DNA of 64,000 nt from Trueperaceae bacterium. Lineage in GTDB: Bacteria > Deinococcota > Deinococci > Deinococcales > Trueperaceae. Location of the stretch: contig JAGQHN010000008.1 in NCBI GenBank assembly GCA_020431825.1, positions 6,167-70,166 of the forward strand, read 5' to 3'. A program made the translations under genes and the position numbers. The notes below the pieces were generated by a model. The model searched no databases and was not told the DNA's origin. It was given only the letters and a program-made list of their open reading frames with translations. Shown here one piece after another: positions 28,458-37,819 of this stretch (position 1 is its first letter; each line of letters begins with the position of its first letter).

Positions 28458-29789
28458 ATGAAACGTTTACTATTATTTGGCTTTTTCATGGCATTCGGCT
28501 TAGCATTGGCTCAATCTGATGATGTAGTGTTTAGTCCGCAAAGTATTGTTATTAATCCGATCGCTGATTTTGAAGTTGAAGTTTTTGTCAATAAAGACCC
28601 CTCTGGCGAGGCCAGCCCCAGTTACGCCATTGGCGAAAGCATCCAGATTGGGGTTAAACCCAGTGAAGATGCCTATATCTATCTCTTTAATGTCCGTTCT
28701 ACCGGTGAAATTATTCAGATTTTACCGAACCGCTACGACAGTAACGGCTCCGATGTTTTTGTTAGTGCTGGGCAAACGCGCTACTTCCCTCCCAATGACG
28801 CCCGTTATACCTTTGACATAGACGGCCCCCAAGGTCAGGATAAGGTGATCGCCCTGGCCAGTAAAGAAGCCCTTGATACTTCTGATCTGGCAGATTTTAA
28901 ACAGGACACGCAGTTTGCGACCAGCGATGCTGGAGAATCTAATTTTGCTCAGACCCTAAGCATCATTATTAAGCCCAAACCACAAACCAGCTGGGTGACC
29001 GACACCGCTCTTTTTTATGTGGGTTCTCAGCCACAGACCTCTAAATACGGCAACTTGCAGATAAACTCGAGCCCCTCGGGCGCCAAAGCCTTTGTTGATG
29101 GTCAATTTGTTGGCTATACCCCTGTTCGCTACGGCACCACGACGGGTTCTCACAGCATCCGGCTCGAGCTGGCCAACTACAATCCTTATACGCAAACGGT
29201 TAATCTTTCGGGTGGTCAAACCCTGAGGATAGACGGCACAATGACTGCACTTGCACCCCAGACGCAATACGGTACTGTAAGTTTTACCAGCAATCAGGCA
29301 GCGCAAGTCTACATAAATGGTCAGTCTTACGGCACCACGCCAACTGCACAAACGCAACTGGCAAGTGGCAACTATCAGGCTAGATTTGTCGCCAATGGCT
29401 TTCAGGATAAATATGTTTCCTTTACGGTAGGTGCTAACAGCAATCAGACAGTGAGCGCCACCTTTGCCATACAAACAGCGCCCAATCAAACCTATATTTA
29501 CCAGCAACTTGGACTGGTGCTTTACCCTGGAGCAAGCTTAGAAAAGCTCGAGCAACGCCCCTCCGAAGTCGATGCCAGCTTTTACAGTGATGCCAGTCTT
29601 AATCAGGTCTACGATCATCTGCATAGCCAGCTTATTAATAGTGGCTGGCAGAGGACTAGTTATGAACTAAAAGACCAGTCTCAAAAGCTCGAGGCAAACT
29701 ATCAGCGCGGCGGTGAAAGCCTTAAGCTCGAGCTTGATAAAAAGGGAAAAAGTGGTCGCTTTAGCCTCGAGCTAAATTACACATCTTAA
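28458..29789 (+). CDS. secreted DUF4384 plus PEGA domain protein
   Basis: Signal peptide MKRLLLFGFFMAFGLALAQ behind an AAGGAGG ribosome-binding site. IYLFNVRSTGEIIQILPN (DUF4384-like) and repeated PEGA-like units (GAKAFVDGQFVGYTPV, AQVYINGQSYGTTP). Confidence 0.7.
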   Translation: MKRLLLFGFFMAFGLALAQSDDVVFSPQSIVINPIADFEVEVFVNKDPSGEASPSYAIGESIQIGVKPSEDAYIYLFNVRSTGEIIQILPNRYDSNGSDVFVSAGQTRYFPPNDARYTFDIDGPQGQDKVIALASKEALDTSDLADFKQDTQFATSDAGESNFAQTLSIIIKPKPQTSWVTDTALFYVGSQPQTSKYGNLQINSSPSGAKAFVDGQFVGYTPVRYGTTTGSHSIRLELANYNPYTQTVNLSGGQTLRIDGTMTALAPQTQYGTVSFTSNQAAQVYINGQSYGTTPTAQTQLASGNYQARFVANGFQDKYVSFTVGANSNQTVSATFAIQTAPNQTYIYQQLGLVLYPGASLEKLEQRPSEVDASFYSDASLNQVYDHLHSQLINSGWQRTSYELKDQSQKLEANYQRGGESLKLELDKKGKSGRFSLELNYTS

Positions 29790-29793
29790 CCGT

Positions 29794-29812
29794 CTAGGGT
29801 AGCAAACCCTAG
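29794..29812 (+). terminator. hairpin after the PEGA protein gene
   Basis: 7-bp stem CTAGGGT/ACCCTAG with loop AGCAA. The T-rich tract is not immediately adjacent. Confidence 0.35.
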
Positions 29813-29930
29813 CTGCCTGACAAGTAACTCTTTTTCTTAATTTTTGGCGTTTTACTCTTGGCAAGTCGTTAAACTTGAGGTATAAGTAGCTCTGGTGAAA
29901 AATCCTTTTTGCTGGAGGGAGGGTTAAGTC

Positions 29931-31274
29931 GTGAAACTGTTTAGCTATATGCTTTGGTCATTACTTATGCTTATGCTTGTGCTTGCCGCTTGCAGTAAAG
30001 CACCGAACCTGACCCTGGGTGAACCAGAGACACGCTTTTTTAGCAGTGGCTCTCCTGTTGTTTTTAAAGTACCTTTTGAAGGCTCTGGCTTTCAGTTTAA
30101 CTGGACCCAATTTATTGGGGAAGCGAAGTTTAGCTCTCGCATTGAAAATGGTTTTGCTGTACTTGATTTGCCTGCCCAGGAAACAACAACGCAGCTTTAT
30201 TTTAGATTTAAGCTATCAAGCGGCAGCACCACTAAAGTCTATGACTTTTATGTCGTCAATGAAGCGCAGCTTAAAGAATCAAACCTGCTTGACTATAGCC
30301 AGAGTCAGCAACAAGATCAGTGCAATGTATCAGCCTGGCAGGACAAGGCTGATAAAGAGCTAAGGATTGGTCTACCCAAGCGTCTCTCTGATACGGCCTG
30401 TGTTCAGATGACAACGCCAACTGAGCCGCCAGCGGGGGCTTATCCTTATGAAGTTCAACGGGCTTTCTGGTCAGATGGTGTATTAAAAACGCGCTGGTTC
30501 TTTTTACCGGAAGGAGGGAAAATAAAGTTTCCCAAGGACAATCATGAAAGTCTGGATTTTCCGGTAGGCACGGTGCTGGTTAAACAGTTTACGCTGAATG
30601 ATAAAGCTATAGAAACCCGGTTAATGATTCACTCGAGTCAGTCAAGCTGGCTTGGTTACAGTTACGAATGGAATGATGAACAAACGGAAGCCTTTTTGCT
30701 CGAGGACAGCAAGGACAAAAGCATTGATGGACAGCTCTGGCACTACCCAAGCAGCTCTGAGTGTTTGCAGTGTCACACAGCAGGTGCAGGCTACGGTTTA
30801 GGCACCAATCTCCTGAATATGAATGTCATCTCCCGGCGCAATAACGAGCTTCATAGCCAGCTTTTGGATCTGCTTGATCTGGGTATTTTTGCAAATAAAG
30901 TCTCTCTACAACCTCATCTGGCCAGTTCTGAAAATGAAGGTATAGGTCTAAACCGCGAGGCTCGAGAATACCTCGAGGTTAACTGCTCAGGCTGTCATCG
31001 ACCTGGGGCTTCAGCCGGTCGGGCTCAAATCAATCTGCTGGCAGATACTCCCCTGGCAGAAACGGGTACCTGTGAAGTTAGATCCTGGTTTGATAGTGTG
31101 GGCATTCTGGATGCCTATATCATTGCTCCTGGTAGACCAGAAAACTCGATCTTGCTTAAGCGACTCTCGAGTCGGGAAAGCTATCAGATGCCCCCTCTAG
31201 CTAGCTCCATCGTTCCTGAAAACGGCGCAGAGCTGATTCGCCGCTGGATTGGTAAGCTAGACAGCTGCGAATAG
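29931..31274 (+). CDS. lipoprotein with two CxxCH haem-binding motifs (dihaem c-type cytochrome-like)
   Basis: Lipobox LAAC, then CLQCH and CSGCH motifs in the C-terminal half. GTG start behind a GGAGGG ribosome-binding site. Confidence 0.6.
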   Translation: MKLFSYMLWSLLMLMLVLAACSKAPNLTLGEPETRFFSSGSPVVFKVPFEGSGFQFNWTQFIGEAKFSSRIENGFAVLDLPAQETTTQLYFRFKLSSGSTTKVYDFYVVNEAQLKESNLLDYSQSQQQDQCNVSAWQDKADKELRIGLPKRLSDTACVQMTTPTEPPAGAYPYEVQRAFWSDGVLKTRWFFLPEGGKIKFPKDNHESLDFPVGTVLVKQFTLNDKAIETRLMIHSSQSSWLGYSYEWNDEQTEAFLLEDSKDKSIDGQLWHYPSSSECLQCHTAGAGYGLGTNLLNMNVISRRNNELHSQLLDLLDLGIFANKVSLQPHLASSENEGIGLNREAREYLEVNCSGCHRPGASAGRAQINLLADTPLAETGTCEVRSWFDSVGILDAYIIAPGRPENSILLKRLSSRESYQMPPLASSIVPENGAELIRRWIGKLDSCE

Positions 31275-31443
31275 ACAGGTATTCAAAGCGACGGTATATC
31301 AGGTAGTTTGACTCCAGACACATGAATACCGATGTCATCTTGTTGTCAGTGTCTATGCTTGTTTTCGGTGTCAATGCTTGAAATGTACTTTTTGGCGTTG
31401 AAACCCTGTTATTGCTCTGTTCAACGTTTATACTGGTCAGATT

Positions 31444-32391
31444 GTGTTTGACATCATTCAAGACTCCCTTAAGGCCTTTGAACGCGAACTTGCCATCCAC
31501 CTGAAATCGTCTGTTGAATTTATAGAGGCCATCGGTGATGATCTGGTCACTGCCGGAGGCAAACGTTTACGCCCCAGCCTGTCCTTTTTAGCAGCCAAGA
31601 TGCTTGGCGCAAGTGACACAGTGAGTATGCCTGCCGCCCTCTCGGTTGAACTACTCCACTCTGCTTCCCTACTTCACGATGATCTTATAGATGATGCTGA
31701 TACCAGGCGTGGGCGCGAAGCTGCCTTTCGCCGCTACGGCAATGTAGTGAGCGTAATGTCTGGCGACTATATGCTGGCAAAAGTTCTAGGGCTTTTGGCT
31801 GATGCCAACAATGCCGACTTTACCCGCCTGATGTCAGAAACCGCCGCCAAAATCTGCGAAGGCGAAGTCTTGCAGTTTCAAATGGCAACCTTAGAAACCT
31901 TTTCTTTTGACAACTATTTTAGAGTCATTGAAGGAAAGACCGCGGTGCTTTTTGCAGCAGCACTCGAGTCCGTAGCTATAGTTGCCCATGCCAGCCCCGA
32001 AATGAGGCAAGCCCTAAAAACATTTGGCATGGCTTACGGCCGCGCCTTTCAAATGCAAGATGATTACCTTGATCTTTTAGGCGATGAAAAGAAACTGGGC
32101 AAACCTGTAGGCGGCGACCTACGCGAAGGTAAAGCCACCTACCCGGTTCTGGTACTTTTTGATGCCGGGATTGAGGAAGCCAGAGCTATTGTCAGGCGCC
32201 ATGCCAGAGGCGAGACCGATGTAGAACGCATGATTAGCCTTGTCAAAGAACACGGTGCTGACAAAGAAACAAGGGCGCAAATTATTCATGAAGCTCAAAC
32301 GGCTATAGCTGCGTTAAACGTCTTTGAAGATTCAGAGGCAAAATCTGAGCTTACTGGCTTAGCAGAAAGAGAAATTGCCAGGGCTTCTTAA
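31444..32391 (+). CDS. polyprenyl diphosphate synthase (trans-isoprenyl diphosphate synthase family)
   Basis: First and second aspartate-rich motifs LLHDDLIDDAD and QMQDDYLD. GTG start. Confidence 0.85.
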   Translation: MFDIIQDSLKAFERELAIHLKSSVEFIEAIGDDLVTAGGKRLRPSLSFLAAKMLGASDTVSMPAALSVELLHSASLLHDDLIDDADTRRGREAAFRRYGNVVSVMSGDYMLAKVLGLLADANNADFTRLMSETAAKICEGEVLQFQMATLETFSFDNYFRVIEGKTAVLFAAALESVAIVAHASPEMRQALKTFGMAYGRAFQMQDDYLDLLGDEKKLGKPVGGDLREGKATYPVLVLFDAGIEEARAIVRRHARGETDVERMISLVKEHGADKETRAQIIHEAQTAIAALNVFEDSEAKSELTGLAEREIARAS

Positions 32392-32702
32392 ACCGCTGCC
32401 GTATCAAAATTCCGAGAAAAGGCGATCATATCTATTAGTTTCTTGACCGTTTTTTGTTCTTCTTCCCCAAGATCAGGGTTAGCCTGGGCAAAATCATTTA
32501 TCAGCGCCTCAAAACGGTCTTTTTGCTCAGGCCCAAGCTGGTAAAAAGCCAGGTTTCCATAAGTTCTAGATGCATATAGAAGCTCGTGAAAGGCAGAGCG
32601 CGCCTCTATATGACGCATCACATGATCGATGACATGTTTCAAAATGTCATCATCAACTTGCCAGATATATTCGCCCATTTGATCGATAATAATGGTTGCC
32701 AT
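32388..32702 (-). CDS. hypothetical protein
   Basis: 104-aa ORF convergent with and overlapping the synthase stop codon by 4 nt. No recognised family. Confidence 0.5.
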   Translation of the reverse strand: MATIIIDQMGEYIWQVDDDILKHVIDHVMRHIEARSAFHELLYASRTYGNLAFYQLGPEQKDRFEALINDFAQANPDLGEEEQKTVKKLIDMIAFSRNFDTAAV

Positions 32703-32791
32703 GTCGCTGCCTCCAGCATAAAAGTGCCATTAGCCTAGAGGATTTTTTGCAATAATGCTGCGAAAGGTTTCATTCTGATAACGTTTTCATA

Positions 32792-32816
32792 GTGTTAGTA
32801 TCATCCTGACAAATAG
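32792..32816 (+). repeat. conserved motif copy GTGTTAGTATCATCCTGACAAATAG
   Basis: Contains the 14-nt core GTATCATCCTGACA shared with 16842-16871 and 35480-35504. Confidence 0.7.
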
Positions 32817-33027
32817 TATGTTTCCTTTACAGCTTGAATCGTTTTCCAGACAATGGTTCTTTCTAGATGCGTGCCCTGTTTATCTTTTTGCGCTTTACGA
32901 CTATTCTTTCCGTCAAGGTACTCGAGGGTTAACCTATCGCCTCCTTAAAGCAGTGCGACATCTCTCACGTTCAAGGCAGTCTTTGAGCAAGTACGCTAGA
33001 CATAATCTAAAGTAAAGGATGCAGACT

Positions 33028-33783
33028 ATGAAACTTATTTTTAGCCTTTTTATTTGCCTGCCAGGTCTTGCGTTTGCACAAGTCGCGTTAGTTCCTTACG
33101 AAGTGGCTGGGTTAACCTTTAAGCTTCCCGCAAACTGGCAGGTCCAATCGGATGATTACAGCGTTATTGCCTACGAAAACCCAAATGACGAAGATGCGGC
33201 GCTTTTAGGCTTATTTGCCTTTGTCAGTCAGGGAGGCACAAACACAAGCGCCGAACAAGTTGCTGACTCTATGCTCGAGAGTTTTGACCTGACCAGTCAG
33301 GGCTTTTACAGTCAACTCATGGATGAAAACACGCAGCAAGGTGCCCTTTACCGGCTTTATCAACTATATGACGCTGAAAATGTTGGCTACCTGAGCACCT
33401 ATACCTATGTCGATGCCCAATCCGGAGCTATTTATTATCTCTTTTATTCAGCCTTGCAAGATAACTTTGTGGCTTACGGCGGCCCAGCACTGCCTCTAGT
33501 TGCTTTTGTTGGTATGGATGAAAGTTTGCTCGAGTACACCGGAGCGACCTCACCACAACCTCTCACTGACCCCTATGCTGGCTCAGAATCCTGTGAAGAT
33601 CAGGCGGCAAATGCCAGTAATCAGCAAGAAGCCAATCTAGTTTATAAGCAGTGCGTCCAGGACAGGCAAGCTGCCTATGAAGTCATGAGCCAGATATCTG
33701 CCATGTCGCATGAAACCATGATGAAAACCATTTATAACCTTGACACTGGCTGGTGCTACTCGGGTGAAGCTGGATGTTATTAG
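33028..33783 (+). CDS. secreted hypothetical protein
   Basis: Signal peptide MKLIFSLFICLPGLAFAQ. Cys-containing C-terminal region. No recognised family. Confidence 0.6.
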   Translation: MKLIFSLFICLPGLAFAQVALVPYEVAGLTFKLPANWQVQSDDYSVIAYENPNDEDAALLGLFAFVSQGGTNTSAEQVADSMLESFDLTSQGFYSQLMDENTQQGALYRLYQLYDAENVGYLSTYTYVDAQSGAIYYLFYSALQDNFVAYGGPALPLVAFVGMDESLLEYTGATSPQPLTDPYAGSESCEDQAANASNQQEANLVYKQCVQDRQAAYEVMSQISAMSHETMMKTIYNLDTGWCYSGEAGCY

Positions 33784-33826
33784 GGTAAAGCGGCTGGTAG
33801 TTATGGATAGTGGTTAAACTAGCCAA

Positions 33827-34381
33827 GTGACGTCTAATGAGTTTCTAAAGCTTATAAAGCAAAACAACTATAACCGCATTCTTTTAGAGCGCTTACCGAG
33901 ACTCAATCTTCCCCAGACCTATCTGGTTGCAGGTTGCCTGTTTCAAACGGTCTGGAACTTACAAAAGAGTCGTCCTGCTAAGGAAAATATAAAGGATTAC
34001 GACGTTTTTTACTTTGATGACAGCGATCTGAGTTATGAAGCCGAAGACAGGGCAATTAAACAAGCAGAGGCTCTGGCTCAAGATTTGCCCATCAGGCTCG
34101 AGCTGAAAAATCAGGCGCGGGTGCATTTGTGGTACAGGGAGCATTTTGGTCACGACTACCCCAGATTAGGCTCGAGTCAAGATGGCATAGACCGCTATCT
34201 AATTGCTGGCACCTGTCTGGGTATAGAGGTCAGGCATGAAGAGGTTTATGCCCCCTATGGTTTTGAAGATATGGAGCAGGGAATTTTACGAGCCAATCCT
34301 AAAAATCTGGCACCAGAGTTGTTCAGAGCCAAAGCAGACAGTTATCAGAAGCGCTGGCCTCATCTTGTAGTTGTTGAATAA
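33827..34381 (+). CDS. nucleotidyltransferase family protein (PF06042/DUF925-like)
   Basis: LVAGCLFQTVWN and DYDVFYFD segments, typical of this family from memory. GTG start 6 nt after the -10-like TAAACT. Confidence 0.6.
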   Translation: MTSNEFLKLIKQNNYNRILLERLPRLNLPQTYLVAGCLFQTVWNLQKSRPAKENIKDYDVFYFDDSDLSYEAEDRAIKQAEALAQDLPIRLELKNQARVHLWYREHFGHDYPRLGSSQDGIDRYLIAGTCLGIEVRHEEVYAPYGFEDMEQGILRANPKNLAPELFRAKADSYQKRWPHLVVVE

Positions 34382-34467
34382 ACGCAAACTAAAGAACTAA
34401 GAACTCCGAAAGGCTGTTCTCAGATAATCAGGAGAGAACAAACTTTCTCGAGGTGGGTTGTTCGCCC

Positions 34468-34510
34468 GGCGGCTAGGTTACACGGCATTGTTAACCTAGC
34501 CGCCTTTTTA
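34468..34510 (+). terminator. strong rho-independent terminator
   Basis: 13-bp perfect stem GGCGGCTAGGTTA/TAACCTAGCCGCC with an 11-nt loop, followed by TTTTTA. Confidence 0.8.
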
Positions 34511-34564
34511 TGCTTGCAGGTAGTACCTGGTTTTAACAATACTGCTCTACTACGGTATACGCCT

Positions 34565-35380
34565 CTAAGCTTTTCCCTCTGCTCCCATAAATCTAATTTT
34601 CTCTCTGGCAACTTCTTTTAGTGCAGCTCTGGCCCGCTCATAGACTTCACGGTGGTTTTTAGCATCGGCAGAACTTTCCCAGACTTTGCGCAGAGCGCGG
34701 TAAAGTGCAGAGCCTATATTGGCTTTAACCACGCCAAATGTTCTGGCAGCCGCATAATCCTCAGCACTGACACCACTGCCCCCGTGAATAACCAGGGGGT
34801 GATTTAGTGTTTCATAGATATCCTTGAGCAAATCCAGTTTGAGCGCTCCCGTTTGCCCATGTTCCGTACCAATGGAAACGGCAATCATATCGGCACCCGC
34901 TTCTTTGAGTTTTAGAGCGTCTTCGGGTTTGGTGTATTCCACCTGTCCGGCATTAAAACTTTCAGCGGCAACTTCAACAGCAACGCTTGCAACGCTGGTA
35001 ATAGATACCAGTTGCTTAGTCGTCGCAATGACCTCAGATAGATCCTGATTGGCACCGTCATACATTACTGAGCTGTAACCATTGCGTATACAGTCAATAT
35101 CCATTTGCAAACTTTGCCCATGGTCCATATGCAGCATTATGGGCACGGTGGCATCTTCGGCATAGCTTTTTATAAGGTTTTTTATGTGCTTGGTTGAAAT
35201 CTGCAAACTATCGGCCGGGTAAGTCTGCAAGATGATAGGGGCTTTTTCTTCCTCGGCGGCTTCTATACAGGCACGAATCATTTCAGCACTACAAATATTA
35301 AAAGCTGGCAGGGTATAGTGCCGCTTAAAGGCATCCTGAATCATTATTCGACCATCGCTTATATAGGGCATAGCTACCAC
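34565..35380 (-). CDS. class II fructose/tagatose-bisphosphate aldolase family protein
   Basis: LPAFNI, HMDHG and VIHGGSG motifs. Confidence 0.8.
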   Translation of the reverse strand: MVAMPYISDGRIMIQDAFKRHYTLPAFNICSAEMIRACIEAAEEEKAPIILQTYPADSLQISTKHIKNLIKSYAEDATVPIMLHMDHGQSLQMDIDCIRNGYSSVMYDGANQDLSEVIATTKQLVSITSVASVAVEVAAESFNAGQVEYTKPEDALKLKEAGADMIAVSIGTEHGQTGALKLDLLKDIYETLNHPLVIHGGSGVSAEDYAAARTFGVVKANIGSALYRALRKVWESSADAKNHREVYERARAALKEVAREKIRFMGAEGKA

Positions 35381-35458
35381 CTTGGTTATAAATTAAGCTC
35401 GAGCCCGTTTAAGGGCAAAGCACTCTTAGAAGTCTAACAAGTTCAGCGCTCAAACACT

Positions 35459-35477
35459 GGTGGTGGTATTATCCTGA
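35459..35477 (+). repeat. conserved motif copy GGTGGTGGTATTATCCTGA
   Basis: In tandem with the copy at 35480-35504. Matches GGTGGTGGTATCATCCTGA at 16842-16871 with one mismatch. Confidence 0.65.
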
Positions 35478-35479
35478 AC

Positions 35480-35504
35480 TGGTGGTATCATCCTGACAAA
35501 TGGC
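35480..35504 (+). repeat. conserved motif copy TGGTGGTATCATCCTGACAAATGGC
   Basis: Contains the 14-nt core GTATCATCCTGACA. TGGTATCAT resembles an extended -10 element. Confidence 0.7.
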
Positions 35505-35564
35505 AAGTTTGGAGTTTGGTTTAGGCTGTCCTCCAGCACCACACTTTCACCCGAATCATTGCCC

Positions 35565-36425
35565 TTAACCTCTGTTTGCGCTATAAACCGACTCTCTTGA
35601 AAACTGGACTTTAGCAAAACACTCTGGTACGTGTGAATCCCAAACATAGTGTGGGCTGAGCGCCCAACCCCCTGAATCAGCAGCAGGAGCAGCTTCTTTG
35701 TACTGATTGAATCTGGAAAAATCCATGCGCCAGATGTCACCCTCATCTGGTGGCAAAGAGCGGCCTGAGGCAAGGTGTTTCATACCTGACCAGGGCAGGG
35801 CCAGTTCCACCGTCCAACCGCGGTCTCGGTCACTGTTATCATTCAGACTGCCATCAATAAATACGGCCTTTTTCAGCCCAGGAAAATCCCAGCTCCAAAA
35901 GCCAATGCGCTTGCCCCTTGAGTGTTTAAAGCCCACACCATCAAAAGGTCTTACCCCTTCACACTCCAAAGCAAACTCTGGAATTTGACTGTAGCGTGAG
36001 CGCTCATAAGCATCTTGCCAGATAAAAAAGACTTCGTAAATTGTGCCATGAGCATTGATCTCTAACTCATAGTAGGCATCTGGCCCAGCAATAAACAGCT
36101 CAACATCGTTATCTTGATAAATCAGCGCATCTTGCTCGAGCAGGCTAGCTTCGACAAAGGGTTCTTCTACCCAGTAGGCGACGTAGAGATAAGCTTCATC
36201 CCAGAGAAGGGAGACTCGAGTGTCAAATAGTGTTTCCGCACCCGAGACCAGATCACGAAAACGCGCCGAACGTGGCGCATTTTGCCAGGCAGGTTTATCC
36301 AGATGACCATCAATAGTAAGGGGTTCACTCAAATAGTAAGCTGTATAACTGGGAAGCTGATCTTCAGGGCAGGGAAAAGACATAGCAAAGTTTAGCAAAG
36401 TGGCAACAAAAAATGCCTGTGACAC
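35565..36425 (-). CDS. carbohydrate-binding family 9 (CBM9/DOMON-like) protein
   Basis: PAWQNAPRS...FRDL...LLWDEAYLYVAYW pattern typical of CBM9-like domains. Confidence 0.6.
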   Translation of the reverse strand: MSQAFFVATLLNFAMSFPCPEDQLPSYTAYYLSEPLTIDGHLDKPAWQNAPRSARFRDLVSGAETLFDTRVSLLWDEAYLYVAYWVEEPFVEASLLEQDALIYQDNDVELFIAGPDAYYELEINAHGTIYEVFFIWQDAYERSRYSQIPEFALECEGVRPFDGVGFKHSRGKRIGFWSWDFPGLKKAVFIDGSLNDNSDRDRGWTVELALPWSGMKHLASGRSLPPDEGDIWRMDFSRFNQYKEAAPAADSGGWALSPHYVWDSHVPECFAKVQFSRESVYSANRG

Positions 36426-36458
36426 CGGGCCACAGGCAAAAAAAGACGGGTCTAAAAG

Positions 36459-37676
36459 TCAGGGAAGCTTCAAATATTCATTGAGGATGGCCTCGAGCGT
36501 CGTCATTTCACCATTTTTAAAGTTGATCTCGAGCTCTTCACCTGGAACACCGTTACCATTGCTGTCATTAAAGGTGCCCATAAAGCTTAGTACTTGCTGG
36601 CTATCGGCTTTTACATCCCCACTGATGTCATAAATGGCGTAGCCTTTTTCATCAGCAATCACCTGACCATGGCTCAGAGCCAGTTCAATAAGTCGCTCTT
36701 TACCGTCAAGTGCGAGGTCAAGCTTTATGTTCACATCACCCTGATCTATAGCAATAACAGTCAGGAAACAATTTTCATCGCGGTAGAGATATCCCTGATC
36801 CAGAATATCCCAGGTTAAGTGAGCCCTATCTTCGCCAGAAGTATAAAGGATGTCACCCGTAGTTTTGATGGTATCTTTTTCGTCACCACCATTATCGGTA
36901 AACTTGTAGTAAACATCTATATCGATTTTATCCGGCGAACCCTCATAGCCAAACTGACCTTTAACAGTTAGTTTGCTCAGTTCAAATATGTCTTCTCCGC
37001 AGCCTTCGCACCACTCAGCATCTAAATCAAGATAGCCTATTGCCGTATCATTTTTGGTCACTGAAATGCGCATAATGTCAGGTACTTCTATGCTGCGACC
37101 GGTACGGTCTAAGACCGTTGTGGTTGGCGCGCCATAATTCCAGTCAAAGGTCAGCACGATTTTGATATCCGAGTCATCGGTATCTTTGATGATAAATTCC
37201 AGACTCAAGTCTTCGGAGTCTTTTATAAACATCCAGGACTGGCTTTCAAGATCGTAGTCGTAGTAACCAACAGGCAAGCTGACATCTGATTGATGGGTCG
37301 GTATCAGCTGATAGAGACTTAAAAAAGCAAACGAGCTAAATTGCTCGAGCGCTGTCTTGGTATCCTCCATACTGATCAGATCGGTCAGGCTCGAGAGATC
37401 GGTCAGCAAAGTATTGGCAGGTAGGGCATTTAGGTAGCTTGGCCCCTCCTCACTTTCTCCGATGACACTTTGCCAATCAGCGTTAAGCTCTTGCAGATAA
37501 GTAGCAAAGTCTGCTTCGGTACTCGTTTCAGGTTCTGGGGTTTCTCCGGGGGTCGGCTCTGGCTCTGGGTTGGTTTCTGGTGTCGGTGTCGGTTCCGGCG
37601 TTGGCACCGGCTCACTGCTACAGGCGACCAGAAAAACAAAGAGCAAAAGCGCAAAAAAGTAGCGTATATTTTTCAT
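36459..37676 (-). CDS. lipoprotein with a Pro/Glu/Thr-rich linker, function unknown
   Basis: MKNIRYFFALLLFVFLVAC lipobox followed by SSEPVPTPEPTPTPETNPEPEPTPGETPEPE. GGGAGA ribosome-binding site before the ATG at 37676. Confidence 0.65.
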   Translation of the reverse strand: MKNIRYFFALLLFVFLVACSSEPVPTPEPTPTPETNPEPEPTPGETPEPETSTEADFATYLQELNADWQSVIGESEEGPSYLNALPANTLLTDLSSLTDLISMEDTKTALEQFSSFAFLSLYQLIPTHQSDVSLPVGYYDYDLESQSWMFIKDSEDLSLEFIIKDTDDSDIKIVLTFDWNYGAPTTTVLDRTGRSIEVPDIMRISVTKNDTAIGYLDLDAEWCEGCGEDIFELSKLTVKGQFGYEGSPDKIDIDVYYKFTDNGGDEKDTIKTTGDILYTSGEDRAHLTWDILDQGYLYRDENCFLTVIAIDQGDVNIKLDLALDGKERLIELALSHGQVIADEKGYAIYDISGDVKADSQQVLSFMGTFNDSNGNGVPGEELEINFKNGEMTTLEAILNEYLKLP

Positions 37677-37819
37677 GCTTTCTCCCTTAAATAAAATGTA
37701 AGGATTTTTGCTAATGAACAAAAGCCAGGCTAGCCCGGGTTGAGAGCCGAGGGTAACGTTAGCTACCCTCAGCCCCCTGGAAAACTAAACTGGTGTGCTT
37801 TGCTTAGCGCTAAATCAGA

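Noticed and set aside
37540-37625. Short periodic GGT/GGC-rich DNA repeats that look like a tandem repeat array
   Set aside because: They are the antisense of the coding sequence for the Pro/Glu/Thr-rich lipoprotein linker. This is low-complexity coding DNA, not an independent repeat or CRISPR element. The same applies to 39470-39525.
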